Shown here piece by piece: positions 34,859-49,278 of a stretch of DNA of 64,000 nt (within the stretch, counting starts at the first letter, position 1; every line of letters starts with the position of its first letter). A program made the position numbers and the translations under genes. This DNA comes from the human T2T-CHM13v2.0 reference genome, Homo sapiens. The notes under the pieces were generated by a model. It searched no databases. It was given only the letters and a program-made list of their open reading frames with translations, and had not been told where the DNA came from. The stretch lies in the NCBI RefSeq assembly GCF_009914755.1, contig NC_060931.1. The stretch is one strand, 5' to 3'.

Positions 34859-37847
34859 GATGTATCCATTCGATGATGTTTATCAAGAATTTGAGTTTTC
34901 CAGGCATCTTTGTTAGGAGTAGAAGATACAATACCGAGTACAAAATATACATCCCCTGTCTTCAAGAAGGTTACTATATGGTGTGATCAGCAGGCATTAA
35001 TTAGACAATCATACAAATAAATACACAATTACAAATTTCAAAGGGGTTTTGAGTCATTCATTTTATATTGCTGTGATTTTGAAGACTCTTATTGATTGTG
35101 CTTGAGCAAGAAAAAAATGAGGAAGATTGTGGTCAGCTGCCTCTATAGTCTTGACAGCATCAGTGGGGCCCTGTGACCAAGAGACAGAGGAGGTAATGTT
35201 ACATGTGAGAGTGTGAAAAGGAAAATATCCTAGATCTTGTGATGAATAACTTGCCCTCTTTGTGTTTTCATTTGTGTTCTTTGTTTATTGGGGTTACTAT
35301 TTGACCAGGACAAAAAATAAGGAATCTCAATTCTGCTGACATACAGAGAAGGGTCAGCTTTCCTCAACCAACAGAGCAGTCAATTTTACAATTAATGAAA
35401 TAAAAAAATACATAATAGAAGAGATAGCACTTTGAAAATGCTAAAAGGATTCCTTCATTTCCAAACAGTAGACTGATCCACAACTCAAACTTTTGGTTTA
35501 TGTCAATTCATTTAGCAATGTCGCAAATTAATCAAAATGTATTCTCTCAAAGATGATCATTCAATATTAGATTCGACCTTAGTTTTGCCATTAATTATCT
35601 GTGTGCTTTTGTCAGACCATTTAACTTTGCTGATCTTTGGTTTTCCTATGTTTAGATGAGGGTGTTAGGCAAGATATTTGCTAGGATCTCTTACAGCTGT
35701 AATACTGTCTGACACTAGAAGTGTTAAGCAGTTCTTTTGGAACATAACACTCTCTTTGGTTAAGAGTAGACTAAATTTTTAGAATGTTTCAGTAAACATA
35801 TTGCTCTTAGTTTGTAAGCTATAGTGTAAATTGGCTCTGCTTACTAATCCTGATTAGTAGCCAGAGAAAACATTAGTCCTCATTATATTAGATTACAGTG
35901 GTTACATGGGTTAACTTTTTTTTGGCCTGACGTGGCACTGTTTTTAATAAGTTGAGGCAGTTAGTAGTCCTTCATGCCAATACCACTTAATTTTTTCCCC
36001 TACTGAATCATTCATACTTAGTTTAGTGATTCTGTTGGGAGCAAAGAGCAAAACCAGCAGCTTTCTTATCACCATGAGAAATGGATCTGGAGGGGTTATT
36101 TGGTGTCCTCTTCAGAAACAAGCTATTTGATTAAGTAGCTGGGTTTCCAAGATGTGCATGCTCCTGAAGAAAAGAAATGTGCTCTTCTGTGGTCAAAAAA
36201 AATTGTGGAGGTTGACCCATCATCTGTTAGAAATGCACTTGCAGTTGTTTTTTCCAGAAATGCTCATGACTCCCAGCCCCACCAAGCCACCCACAGACAT
36301 TTGCTTGCTCTCACATTTGTTTTGAGAATAATAACATTTTATAATGCTTTTGTTGGATTACACATTATGTGGAATTTGCGTTGCCTTTTTGTGACTAATA
36401 TTGAATAACTTTGCTTCGCTTAATTCATAAGTAAGAACCATAAGCAACATACAGTGCTGAAATGTTTAACTCGTTTATTCAAGTGCCAACACAAAGTAAT
36501 TACAAAACAATTCTGGGACGCAAAACCAAGCTACTGTTGTCCCTTCAGGGTCTTCTCGGCAGTTCCAATGAGAAAAGTGGAGAGCAAGTTTAGTGCAGAA
36601 TCTTATGATGCCAAGAAGCAGGGATTCCAGCATATCTTCTTGCACACATAGGTGACTGTAAAATACCTCTTTGTTTTAAATCAAATCTAAGTAAGGAAAT
36701 ACATTCATCTGTGGTGAAACACTTTGGAATGTGCAGGTTTTCTGATATCAAGACTGCAAAGCGCTGAAAACTGCAAGTTAATGGAAATTCAATTAGACAT
36801 TTGTTTTATAGAGTAGTCTAACTAGATGGCAGCACGTAACAGTGTACTGTTTTGCTTAGTTTGCAAAAAAAAATTTTATGTGTTTGTGCCTTAGAATCTA
36901 ACCACAAAACAGAGAGAAACTCAAACAGGGAACCCTGTGAATTGTCTCTAAAGGATATGGCAGTCTTGGAAAGAAGTACAAGTGATCTAGATTTGATGAG
37001 TAAACCAGGCTACATTGTCATTGTTCTAAAAGATATTTGTATATCACAGAGTGGACCCAGGCAGATAAATATACCAAAACTAATTGTACACCTTATAGTC
37101 AAATGATTTAGGATTTCTTTTAACAATGTCTGCTAAACAGAAAGAATTAATGTGGAAAACAACCAACAAAAGGAAATAAGAGAGGCTGTTCTTCTGAGTC
37201 CATTTGGAAAGTAATACAGAGCTTTTGAAACAGCAGCGTTGAAGCTTATTAATAAAAAGAGTTATATAATTTTCACCCATTTGAAAATTGCAGTTTTTGA
37301 GTAACAAAAAATATTTGTTGAAAGTTTGTTTCATACATGATGACCAGTTTAAAAAAGCAAAGCTTTAAATTCAACCATTAAAATATTTATTTACAATTTT
37401 TAGAAAGAATAATTGCAATGTAGGGGGTTCAGTTGCATAAAGGATTGTGAAAATTGAGCAGTTAGACTAAGGGATAACATTTTTTTCTTGCTTTCTGGTG
37501 AGGACAGTGATTTGAAATAGGTGGAAGTAAAACTTAAAAAAATAGAGAGTATATATGCTCGTCACCATTTCAGAGCTTTATTATTGAACTGGGATTTGCT
37601 GTTTTCTGAAGTGCTTTAGAAATGGCTCTATGTCCTAAAATACTTTAAAATAAGTCGTAGTGACTGAATCAAGCAGTATTAAGACACATGAAAGGCACTT
37701 AACATTTTGAAGATTGATAATATTTTTACTCATCAACCTTCCGTCCACCAATATTTTAACCATTCCGTAGTCCCAAGTGTTGGTCAGTACAGTGTCAGTA
37801 TCTTGCACTCAGTTATGAGCAGTAAGTATGGACAGCTCCCTCTAACA

Positions 37848-38012
37848 CGTGGTTCTTGACCTAAGCTACCCATTAGAATCCTCTGGGTGGTTGGAAACAT
37901 CTGGGTGCCCAAATTGCACCCAGACAAAGGTAATAAGGTAGGACCCAGGCATCAGTAACTTTTAAACTTCCCCAGCTGATTCCAAGGTGCAGCCAATGTT
38001 AAGAACTACTGA
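37848..38012. mobile_element. MER5-family element
   Basis: gtggttcttgacc...cattagaatcctctggg...ggacccaggcatcagt...ttaagaactactg. Confidence 0.6.
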
Positions 38013-41000
38013 AACAGAAACACAACTTCTTAACATAATCTTAACGAGATAGAGACAAATAGGCAAGTGAATCAAATATTTGGAGATGGGAAAGTAACAG
38101 AAGTAAGCATTAACCTGAGAAACAAAGATGACACTAACTCACAAGTGTCGTACATAATTTTCAAAAATTATTAAAAGCGTTTATTATTTTGAAGTTGTCA
38201 CAGGATAGGAATATGAGCTGTGAAAAATTCTCTTATTTTTCAATTATGATTAAGCTTATAAGAAACAAGCATCATGGAATAGCTGGACTCCTTTTGAAAA
38301 TCCTTATTCAGGTTTCCTGTTTGGCCTCAACCTCAGTAATTTATCATTGCAATTATTTTATTTGCTTGCCTAAGGCAAATGCATAAATCAAAGCGAAGCG
38401 TGTTTTATTGCATTTCTATTGCGTGTAAGGTTATTTCACATAGAATCCTATCATCTTAAGGCTAAAAATGAGCTTTGACATAATTTAGTCAAACATCTTT
38501 ATGTTCATAGATGAAGAAACAAAGGCCCATAGAGATATCTCATGGCTGACTATAGGCACATTAAGGACACGTGGGAGTCAGGACCAGAAGTCAAGGCTCC
38601 CAACTTGCAATTCTCTTTTTTTCCATGTGACCCACAGAAAGGACCAAAAGCCTGTTAGGCCACCTGCCTGCTTGATTGCCTCCTTCCTTCTTTCACTCCC
38701 CAACCTTTTTTTTTTTTTATGAGAAAAACTCTGAGAAGTACAGGTTATTACACGAGGAGGGTTGTGTGGAAGATTGTGCAGTTGCAGGGGCAGTTAAAAA
38801 CCATTTCTTACGTAACATTTTAAGAAGCAGTTGGTTGGAGCATTTTAAAACTCCAGTAGTTGTGCTTAGGCATAAGCAATGAGATCATATTTTTATGTTT
38901 TTTTTTAAGAAAGACAGATAGATAAAAAAATCAATAAGACCATGAATTGACTCATTAAATATTAAGTATGGTATTTGTGGCAGAGTGTAACTTTGACACT
39001 AAGAAGTCATTTATGATTCTTTATTTTCTTCATTTTTTTAACCTTTGAATTTCTTCAGCCCTGGATTTTTGGAGAAAATAAATGAAACCACATCCCTTTA
39101 TTTAGAGACAATGGATGAAATATTTTCAGAAAATGGGATATTTCAGTGGAAATTCTTGCCTGGTATGTCACCACTTTGAAAATGATTAAAGAAAATGGAG
39201 TTTTCCCCAGTGGAGGCAGGTACTCTGACTTGTCAAATTTAAGTTGGACATTTTCTCTTAGTTTGGAACTGCCACAAAATGAGCCCTTTCATGTCCACAA
39301 TAATACCAAACCAATGCAACCCATCTGTTCTGCTAAATTATTTCTAGTTCCCTAACCAAAGGCACTGCTTTTTCATGCATTTTATCATGATTTTTTGCCC
39401 TTTATTATATTTTACAAAAGGTTCTGATTCCTCCAGGGCCAATGAGAACTGATTAGGACACTGGCCTCAATCCAGGCTTTGAACACAGGAGGGAAAGGAA
39501 TAGAACTGTTTCCTTTTTTCCCTGCTCCTTGGCAGAAAAAAATATGAATCTATATCGTGTGTGTGCTCTGTGTGTGGGTGGGTGTGGGTAGGCTGCATTT
39601 TATCCTGTCACAGTATGACTTTGTAGATCATGTTCAGAACATTTCTTCTATAATCGGGATGCATTAACGGGCTCTCTTTCAGAAAGACTATTTCTTTAAG
39701 AAAGAACCATGGTGTGTTGTGAGACTCAATGATATGGTCATTTTAAATAACTTTAGTCAAACTCCCAACCTGAATATAGACTGTTTAGGGTTCTGAACTA
39801 AACATGATCATATTCCTAACCACAGAGTAAGTGCTCAGTGAGCATAGCTCCTTTTCAGACTCTCAGGGAAGAAACTAAGTGCACGTCACAGGGAACGATA
39901 AGGTAACAATGAACACAGTCCTACATCACAAATTTCTTTATTAAGAAGGTGACAAAAGCTATGAGGTTTCATTCCTAGGCCTGTGTTGGTAAGGCATTTA
40001 AGACCCGTATTGACTCCAGGTGAGAAATCCCCAGATGAAATCCATTCCTTATTTGCATTGTGTGCCCCAATATGCTCAGAATTCTTAAAAATCTTTTTGG
40101 GCAGGCTATCATAGATAACTTTACGTAGATATCCTTCGGACCAAGTATCTCTGAGAATAGAAATCAGTACTCCCTAAATTAAGATTATCAGAAAACTTTA
40201 GCCTATTTTTTGACTCTTTATGCTATTGACCTTTAACTCAAGAGAGCCTTGAGAGAGAGAAATGAAAGAATAAAGGGTGCGCAGAAAGTTGAAAATATGA
40301 GAAGTGATTACGTGGGAATATCTATATTTAAGCCTACACAAATAAAATACTAAATTACTGATGGCAATACCAGAAAATGGGAACTGGTGAAGATCTCAAT
40401 ATGAAAGGAAAAGTTGAATGTGACAAATTTAAGGCATTTATACAAGTGAGGCAAAACGGAATTACTCCAGGAGATCCTATGTGTTAAGGAATAAAGAAAG
40501 CTGTTGCTCTTTCAGAATTTTCAGCTTAATCATCCACCAAATTCTCCTAGCAGTGTCTCTGTGAGATACAAATTTCAAAACATGCTTTTTCCAGATCCTG
40601 TCTACAGGTAGAAACATTTTTTTTTTTTTTTGGTACTGAATTAGTTTTCACTGCTCTCTTTCTGTAGAAACATGTGCACTATGTTTGTGGGCTGTTCTCT
40701 AGCAACCAAAGAAGCAGAAGGTGATTGCCAAGAATAAGTACTTCCTTATATTTAGTGAAATTATTTTTTAAAAATACTTTTAATAATAATAATAAGAGCC
40801 AGTGTAAAATAGTTGCTTAGAGTCAAAAGAAAGAATAAGGAGAAGGAGAAAAAGATAAATCAAAGTGAAAACTTAGGAATAGTGGTACATTTTAATGGCA
40901 AGGATGGGGCCTAGAGTATAACTAGCGGAGAAAACTGTTAGATTAAGTCAATGCTAGATAGCTGGGCCAAATGAGCTGTCTTTACTGTTAGTTGACTGAT

Positions 41001-41041
41001 CTTACACAAGGGGATGACCGATTCAGCAGGTTTCTTCTTAT

Positions 41042-41541
41042 CAGGGGTCCCCAAACCCTGGGCCACGGACCACTACTGGTCCATGGCCTGTAAGGAACCA
41101 GGCTGCACAGCAGGAGGTGAGTGGCAGGTGAGTGAGTGAAGCTTCATCTGTATTTTCAGCTGCTCCCTGTTGCTTGCATTACCGTCTGAGAACAGCAGCG
41201 ACATTAGATTCCCAGAGGAGCGCTAACCCTATTGTGAACTGCGCATGTGAGGGATCTAGGTTGAGCGCTCCTTATGAGGATCAAATGTCTGACGATCTGT
41301 CACTGTCTCCTATCACCCCCAGAGGGGACCATCTAGTTGCAGGAAAGCAAGCTTAGGGCTCCCACTGATTCTACATTATGGTGAGTTGTATAATTATTTC
41401 ATTACATATTAAAATGTAATAATAATAGAAATAAAGTGCACAGTAAATGTAATGTGCTTGAATCATCCTGAAGCCATCTCCTCCACTTTTTTTGTCTTCC
41501 ACGAAACTGGTCTCTGGTGCCAAAAAGATTGGAAACCGCTG
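41042..41541 (+). mobile_element. MER1A hAT-Charlie element
   Basis: caggggtccccaaaccctgggccacggacc...ggtgccaaaaagattggaaaccgctg. ttcttat present on both flanks. Confidence 0.88.
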
Positions 41542-43984
41542 TTCTTATGACTTACTAGCACTTCAGCTACTGTCAATTACAGTGAATCTCGTTAGCAGAT
41601 GAGTGTTTAAATGTGTGATTGAGCATTCAGCTAGAATCAGTGGGATTGTGGGTGAATAAGCAAAGGTGTTGGACAAGCATAGAGTGCATGGTATGCAAAT
41701 TTACATGACTAGTGTATGAACACATCAAGATATACTTAATGGTATTTAATGTTATACCGGAAGTAAAAATTTAATTTATAGATGAAACGAATCTTTATAG
41801 ACATGAAGAAAGGAGGAAAAAATCAATGAAAGTTTATGATAGTCATCAAAACATGGGTCTGATCATTAGCTGCAGAGCTGACATTGTTGAAAATACTGAT
41901 GTTTCACTGTATCAGCATATACGATGTTAGTGGCTATGGATTTCAAAGACCCATAGAAGGAGGAGCTCGAAGCCCTCTTATTTCATAGTGTTCATTATTC
42001 TGCCAGAATTGGTTGCCACATTCTGTTTTCCAATGCCCTGCTCAGTCCAATTTTAGATGACTCAAACCATGGACTTACCATTATTTATCTTGAGGGATTC
42101 TCCACCCCCTGAAATCTCACAGTTAAAACGTTTCCCTTTAATGTTGCCTTCGAATTTTCTCATGCTTATTTAGTCTCTTTACATGCCATCCTACTCTTTG
42201 GTTGTTCTGGTCTCCCATAAACTTTCCGATATTGAATGTTTCCCAGCAAGCTACTTGGTTCAAGATGTTTTCTAATCAATCAGAAAGATGGCTGACCAGA
42301 AGGCCATCATTAAATTTTTCTTAGTCTTCAGCATCAGAATTCTGATCTTACCCACCTGGAATAATTTCTCTAAATCATACTTTTATTTTTATAGTAATTT
42401 GAATTGGGTTAGACAATGCTGAATGATAGCATCAAAAACAGAGAACTTCAATGATATACAAAGAAAGTTCCATAAGTATTCATGAGTTTGTTCAGCACGT
42501 CAAGGCAGTGTTAATGAGATTTTGCTTTAATCACTCCCTTCCTGTTACCCCTGCAGACCCCCACCAATCCTCCCTCACTGTGACCTGATCATTTATTTTC
42601 AGTGACAAGCACAGCTCGGCCTCCGGCCCAGTAAATGCTGAGAAATTGTCAGATATTGAAGTTGTCCTGGCCTGCCCCTTCAGTGAACCACACATTAACA
42701 TTGAAGAGTCTGGCAGCAGCTGCATCACCTTAAACTAGGGAGGCTGAATGTGGAATTGTCCTCGTCCTGAGAGAGGTGTTGTCACCTGATGTTTCCGGGT
42801 TACCTGGTGGTTCCTTGGTCAGGAACATGAAAGGACAGCATTCCCTGAACAGATTCTCCTTGAATTTCACTGTTGTTCTGTACTTCAATATTAACTTACA
42901 GCTGCCTTGTGGTTATATATATTTTTAAGTGAAATATTAACACTGTCTCTGTAATACTAGAAAGCACAGCCATTTCCAAAAGTTAAGGCTAATTAACTTC
43001 GTGCACCAGCACAATATTTATCAGGCTCACAGATGTGCCAGCTGAGGAATGTAGCCAGAAAGAACACTTTGCATACTGGATAATTGAGGTTTGACCTAAT
43101 GAACAGTTTTGCCTGTGTTGAAGGGCTGTAATTTGTTAGCTGGAGTGAAAGTCTCTGCCTAGCCTTTTTGGAAAAAATTGATGGAGTCTAGAGTGTCTCA
43201 AACAGTGTCTGATTAAACAGCAGGTTTTGTTTTTGTTTAATTTCCAATCTGTCAGAGACTAATACGCATAAAAAATGTTAAAAATGAAATACGGCAAAAG
43301 TGAAATAAATATTGAAGAGAGGTAAGATTATAGTAGATTCAAAAGACATAAAAATACTGTCAAATTGCCATAAAAGTTTCTAAATATTGATCTGAATTTC
43401 TGTACTGACCTCACTACAGACCATTAATAAACAGATATTGACGTGTTATTGATCCCATGGGACACAGTTTGAGGAACATTGGTTTTAACTAATACTACTG
43501 TGAGGTGCACACATGGGAAGTCATTAGCGTATCTGTGATCATCAAGTTCATTAAAATGAAATGGTATTTATTTATGTCCTTCAAGAAGGAATAAAGAGTG
43601 TGTTCTAACAACTTCTTTGGGTAAGTGTAAAATAAGATTGTAATAAATTTAATTATCAGCTAAATAGTAGCCCTGTTGGTTTTTAAGCTGATACTTTACA
43701 AAAGAGTTAACTATTAATTTCTGTGTTATAGCTTTCTCTTCCATGCCAAATAAGAATATACTTTATGTCAGTTGCCCATTTAGGTATAAGCAATCTGTTG
43801 GATCTGAACCTTCCATACACTCATTTTTCAAATATTATTATGGTACTTTACTAAGCAAATCAGTGTCACATTCCTACATGATGAAATTCAGCCCATTATT
43901 AATCATCTTAAATGTGACTTGGGGTCTCATTTTCTTCTAAATGTTGTCAGTGGTGTACTGTTGGCTTCTGCTATTTTCTTGCAG

Positions 43985-44105
43985 CGAATTCAAGGTCGAA
44001 AAGCCAGCCTGGAGGAAATACAGCTTGTTCATTCTGAACATCACTCACTGTTGTATGGCACCAACCCCCTGGACGGACAGAAGCTGGACCCCAGGATACT
44101 CCTAG
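43985..44105 (+). CDS. HDAC9: HDAC9 coding exon C ([40 protein letters not shown]+G)
   Basis: Acceptor ttttcttgcAG at 43983-43984. Donor TAG|GTctgt at 44106. 121 nt = 40 codons + 1 (phase 0 to 1). Continues the frame from exon B. Confidence 0.96.
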
Positions 44106-47100
44106 GTCTGTACGGGCCTCCACTGTACTGGGAACAGCACATTCCAGCACTATCATTAGTCAACGCTGGTGTCAGTTCAAAATACTTGGCAAGTAGTGCA
44201 ACAAAAAATCAGTTTTTCCAACAGCTTTGCTCTGTGGAGTGAGTCATTTGCAACAGAAGCCATTGTAGATTAAGAAAATCCTGCATTAGAAAATGACAAT
44301 GTAGGTTCCATGGTGTTTACTTTAGAATTAACCTTCATTTGAATAACATTTGTACAATGTGTTTTTGCATATAGAAAAAACTACATTGCTGAATTTATTG
44401 TGTTTTCAAACTTAAAGTAGAAATGATTTACACATGCTTTATGCAAATTTCTCTTCACCGTTCCCATTTTTTTGTATCTTTTAGTTCTTTGTTCTATGAC
44501 CTTAAGAAACAAAGGAAATAGTACAACTTGTATTAAGTGAAAACTCATTATTACTATGCCCATCACACTACATTCTATAGCAAGATTGCAAATCTATTTA
44601 TTGCCTTACCTTTGGAATTAAATAATACATTAAATGCAAAACTAGAAAACTAATAAACAGTTTTTTGTTAATGTATGATTTTTTGAAACTTTATCGTCAG
44701 ATTTTAAAATAAAATTTATATTGCAGAACTTTATATAAGCTTTATATGAGTGATAGAAACAACAGGTTTCTGGAAGAAAAATTAGTGACAATCCTTATTT
44801 TAGCTGAAATGATAATATTGTTTTATTAACTTTTTATAAGTGAATAACAATATCTAACATTGGCAATAGATGCTGATGGGGTCATGTTTTAAATGTTTTA
44901 ACTAAAAAAGACATTTTAGGAGTTTTTCCTTCAAATAAATGTATTGTGTCAGCTCTAAGTTATTGAACTCTTTCACCTAATTCAATATTATTTCAAAATT
45001 GTTTTATATTAACTGGTCCTAAACAATTTGAAAGCAAGTAGATAACATACAGTAGGTAGGTATCTTGGAAAGCAATTGTAAGGAAGAATTAACAGTTACT
45101 CATTATAACACAATATACCTTTTTAAACAAGTGGCAAGCATCTCTTAAATTTATGAAGTGCAGGCATATGAGTGAGCATAAATATGCCCACACATGCGTG
45201 TAGCAGTATAGGTAGCAGTAGCTTGGGGAGAAGTAAGACCAGAGGGGAATACATAAAGATTATCCAATTTTTAGAAAGTACATTGCTAATATTTGATGAT
45301 AAAAAATAATGTATACTATCGAATTAACATTGTATATTAATATGAATACAAATAAATCAATCTAAACATATATGCTCATTTTTTCCTTTCTATTTTAGAA
45401 ACCAGTCTCTGTACATGCAGATACTTTACATAAAATACCTCTTTTGCTGCAAATATTGTATAATAAATGTTCTTATTTTAACATGAATCAATAACCCTAC
45501 CCAACTAACCAACAAGATGAAGTAAACCAGACATTTTAATTGTCATGATTTTATGAGGTCATAATACTCAAGCATTTAAACATAGGAGACTGTGTCCATG
45601 TCATTATTTTTTAATTGAGTTAAGAAAAAACAAGTAGAAAACCTCCCCCCACTTTTTAAAAATCTCTGGTCCTAAAGTATAAATCAACCTTCCAACTTTA
45701 TTGGAACAGGCTGGGATTGATCAAATTGTGAATATAAACACACATTTGATATTTGAGAAGTGCTCCAAAACAACCATTGTTCCACATTTTAAGAGAAAGG
45801 CATATTTATAAGATAAATGAAGTTTAAACTTTTGCAACATCAAACTTTTATTCATAAAACATGGCGATGTTTTTTTAAAAAATTTGACTCTTTTGAACAA
45901 ACCTATTTTTTGTAAAATATTTGATGTGCATATCATTTTTAAATTTGATGATTTTAAAATGAAATTCCATTTATAATTTTAACTTGGACAAAGGTTCTTT
46001 TCATGTATGTATGTGATGAAAGCAGCAAGTACCTATGATTCAATGTTTAAAATTTTAATCTAAATAAATTAGCCATTTATCTCATTAATTTTGAACATAT
46101 GATGTGAAATAATATTCCTACAGTTGATAATCTTAGAGTTAGCATTCTATACATGTGTGGAGTTTCATATACACTTCTCAGTGATCATTGCAACAATTTC
46201 AATATTGTGTGTGGGCTACGTAAGTACACAGAAACAGGGATGTTGCATTCTATCAGGCCTTAAGGTCGAGCACTAAAGTCAACTGTATCAACACTTCAAA
46301 ACTACTTCTCTTTCCCTAGTGTATCCAAAAGTTTAGCTAATTTTTCTCAATCTCAGTTCAAAGTGAATAATTCTGTTCTTTTTAAAGGTTAACTTTTAAT
46401 ACTTTTTTTGCTCTTTGTGGCATTTGCATTCTTCTGGCTTTTTTTATTGTTGTTGTTGTTTGTTTGTTTGTTTGTATCTGGAAGACCGGATTGAAGCTGC
46501 CATATGTGAATGTATAGAAATTCATAATCGTCAAGATGTTTTCTCTCTTTTTATCCATTCCTTTCACTTCCATATATCTTACTACATCCCCCAGTTCCTC
46601 CCAACACATATGGGAGATGTCTTTTCTGAGTTAAATTAATGCTATTTCCCTTGATAGTTGTGTTCTAGAGTTAGGAGGAAGGGTTTAAATAAAAGTTCAG
46701 TATGATGAGACCTGTCAGTCTTTGTATCTTGAAAGACATCTATAGATGATAAAATAATTGGATTTGAAAATGAACATCATTTATCTCTTTAAATACTCTA
46801 GACCCTGTAAGGTTACATGGAGAAGACATTCTCTCCAATTATTTCTGGTGCAAGGCTTTCCTTAGCATTAATATTCCTGTCGCTCTTATGACCAGTTTCC
46901 AGTCGTCTTGAGGCTAGCCAAATTTCAGTGCATTGATAAGACAACATAATTAAAAATAAATCCAGTCAGTTTGGTGAAATAAAAGTTTCTTGCCCATTTC
47001 TAAATTTAAAGTATCAATTATATGCCTGTTTTGTATTATGTAAACATTCTCCTAAGTAGGTATTAAATAATAGTATTAAATAAAACTCTCCCAAGTAGGA

Positions 47101-47167
47101 TACTTATTTTGCTAATTCTCTTGGGGGTTAATAATTTTTTTCAATTACTCTTAAAAATTAATTTATT

Positions 47168-47440
47168 GGCTGGGCACAGCGGCTCATGCCTGTATTCCCA
47201 GCACTTTGGGAGGCCGAGACAGGAGGATCACGAGGTCAGGAGATGGAGACCAGGCTGGCAAACATGGTGAAACCCCGTCTCTACTAAAAATACAAAAATT
47301 AGCCAGGCATGGTGATGCGCACCTGTAGTCCCAACTGACGGGAGGCTGAGGCAGAAGAATCGGTGGAGGCTGCAGTGAGCCGAGATTGCACCACTGCACT
47401 CTAGCCTAAGCAACAGAGTGAGACTCCATCTCAAAAAAAA
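47168..47440 (+). mobile_element. AluS (Sc-like), sense; the only near-full-length sense Alu in the window
   Basis: ggctgggcacagcggctcatgcc...ggatcacgaggtcaggag...gactccatctcaaaa. Flanks aaaaattaatttatt and aaaaattaacttact. Confidence 0.92.
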
Positions 47441-48933
47441 ATTAACTTACTATGTTATCATATTATCTTCATTCCTGTTTCTTGACTATTAAGAATTCAG
47501 ACACTAAAATGTACATATATATTTTAATTTCACAGGTGATATATGAATATACTCTTGCAAAATATTCAAGGATACAGTTATATTTTTGTTAGGAACAACA
47601 ACATAAGAAAACTTTACTCCTCCCCCAAAATTTTGATGTGCCTTTTACTGGTGCCAATATTGCAGTTTTAATATTATTTTATGATTTTTATTTGTAATTC
47701 TATTGACTTCTCATCTTTTTGTTAAAATGAAGATCTCTCTTTATAACTAGATGGCTTCATTTGTACATATATTTTTCTTTATCATCTTCCATCTTTTAGT
47801 AATTACATTTAAAAAACCAACTAATATGATTTATTGTTTTCAAAACAAACTGTCTTCTGTGACAATAAAAGCTATTTAGACTTTTACTGACGTGGTGTAT
47901 GAATTCTACTATAAACCTGTTTTCAATTTTAATTTCTCATTTCATTGAGCATCAATAGAACAAATTAATGGGATAGGTGAATTGGAAATTTGTACCTGGT
48001 TCTACCACTGAACTGCTGAGTGACATGTCAGAGTCCCTTCAGAACCATTTGACTATGAAATAGAAATGTTCACTGCCCTTCCCCATGATTACTCCACAGA
48101 CAGATTTTAATGTTAAAGATGTAGGAGCAGTTACTACTGTTTTTCTCTATTCATGTAGTAGATAACGTAGAAAATAAAAGTACAGGTAAACAAAATAATT
48201 ACTAAAAATCCCATGAAACACCAGTTCTAAGAGATACTCACAATTCAGTTTTGGGAATATATTTTTAAAGAAGATATTTTATATTGATATTGATGTTATA
48301 TAGATCCCCAAATGGGATTATTTTTCATAGTGTACTGTTTAAAAAATTGTGGATGTTAGAAGTGGCCTATGGTGTACTTGGCTTTAGCTCTATCTTAAAG
48401 TTGATATAGCTACTTATAACCAGCTATACTTAGTTATGTCTTAAGTAGAAATTAAGAATAAGTCTGTACATTTGAGAAGATATGTTAATATTTGAAATAT
48501 TTTTTAAATGACAGTATATGGTGGCATAAACCTTGTAGCTCAAAACATCCCATTGAATGAATATACTCAGTGAAGAGCTGAATTGGTTAAATTTTAAAAA
48601 TTGTAATGTATAATATAGACATGGAGACCAACTTAGAAAAAAATCTTGTGACCCAAATCTCATGAGCATGTGTTTATTCATGTGGGGCAATAGACTCTAC
48701 ATGCAATAAAATTTATATTGATTTGCTTTTAGTTCTTATTTGTGTATACAGATAGGCAGAACAATGATATTCTGAAAATTGTGTTGAATAATTGGTCTGA
48801 AGTTTTATTAATTTATTTTTGCATCAAACGATAAATACCATGTGACATATTATTATGTGTTAATAAATGCCAACATTTTAAAAATTATATAACCTCCATT
48901 TATCTATATTTTTTATGTCTTCTTACTGTATAG

Positions 48934-48983
48934 GTGATGACTCTCAAAAGTTTTTTTCCTCATTACCTTGTGGTGGACTTGGG
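48934..48983 (+). CDS. HDAC9: HDAC9 50-nt coding exon D ((G)DDSQKFFSSLPCGGLG); absent from the ORF track
   Basis: Acceptor cttactgtatAG at 48932-48933. Donor GGG|GTAAGT at 48984. 2 + 16 codons (phase 1 to 0). LPCGG matches the class IIa motif holding the fourth structural Zn-ligand Cys. Confidence 0.95.
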
Positions 48984-49097
48984 GTAAGTACAAGTTGGTT
49001 TACTGCCTTTAAATAACATAAAATTACAAAAAAAAATCTTTTTTGATTTATCTATTCAGTTTTAGGGTTATTTCTCAGTAAAAGTTATGCTAGACTT

Positions 49098-49278
49098 CAG
49101 GACTGCCTACTTAATTTGCAGAGCTAAGTGCCAAGTAAAAACGTGGCAGCCCTTGTTAAAAATAAATTCTTAAGAATTTCAAGATGGTGGCAATACAGAA
49201 TTAAACCAAGAGCAAGGCCCTTCTAACTGTAAGTTCCCGTGTGACTGCACAGGTCACACACTCATGAAGCCAGCTTTG
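49098..49278 (-). mobile_element. MER45A-type hAT-Tip100 element
   Basis: caggactgcctac...ttaagaatttcaagatggtggc...tgtgactgcacaggtcacac...catgaagccagctttg. 8-bp flanks ctagactt and ctaggcct. Confidence 0.75.
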
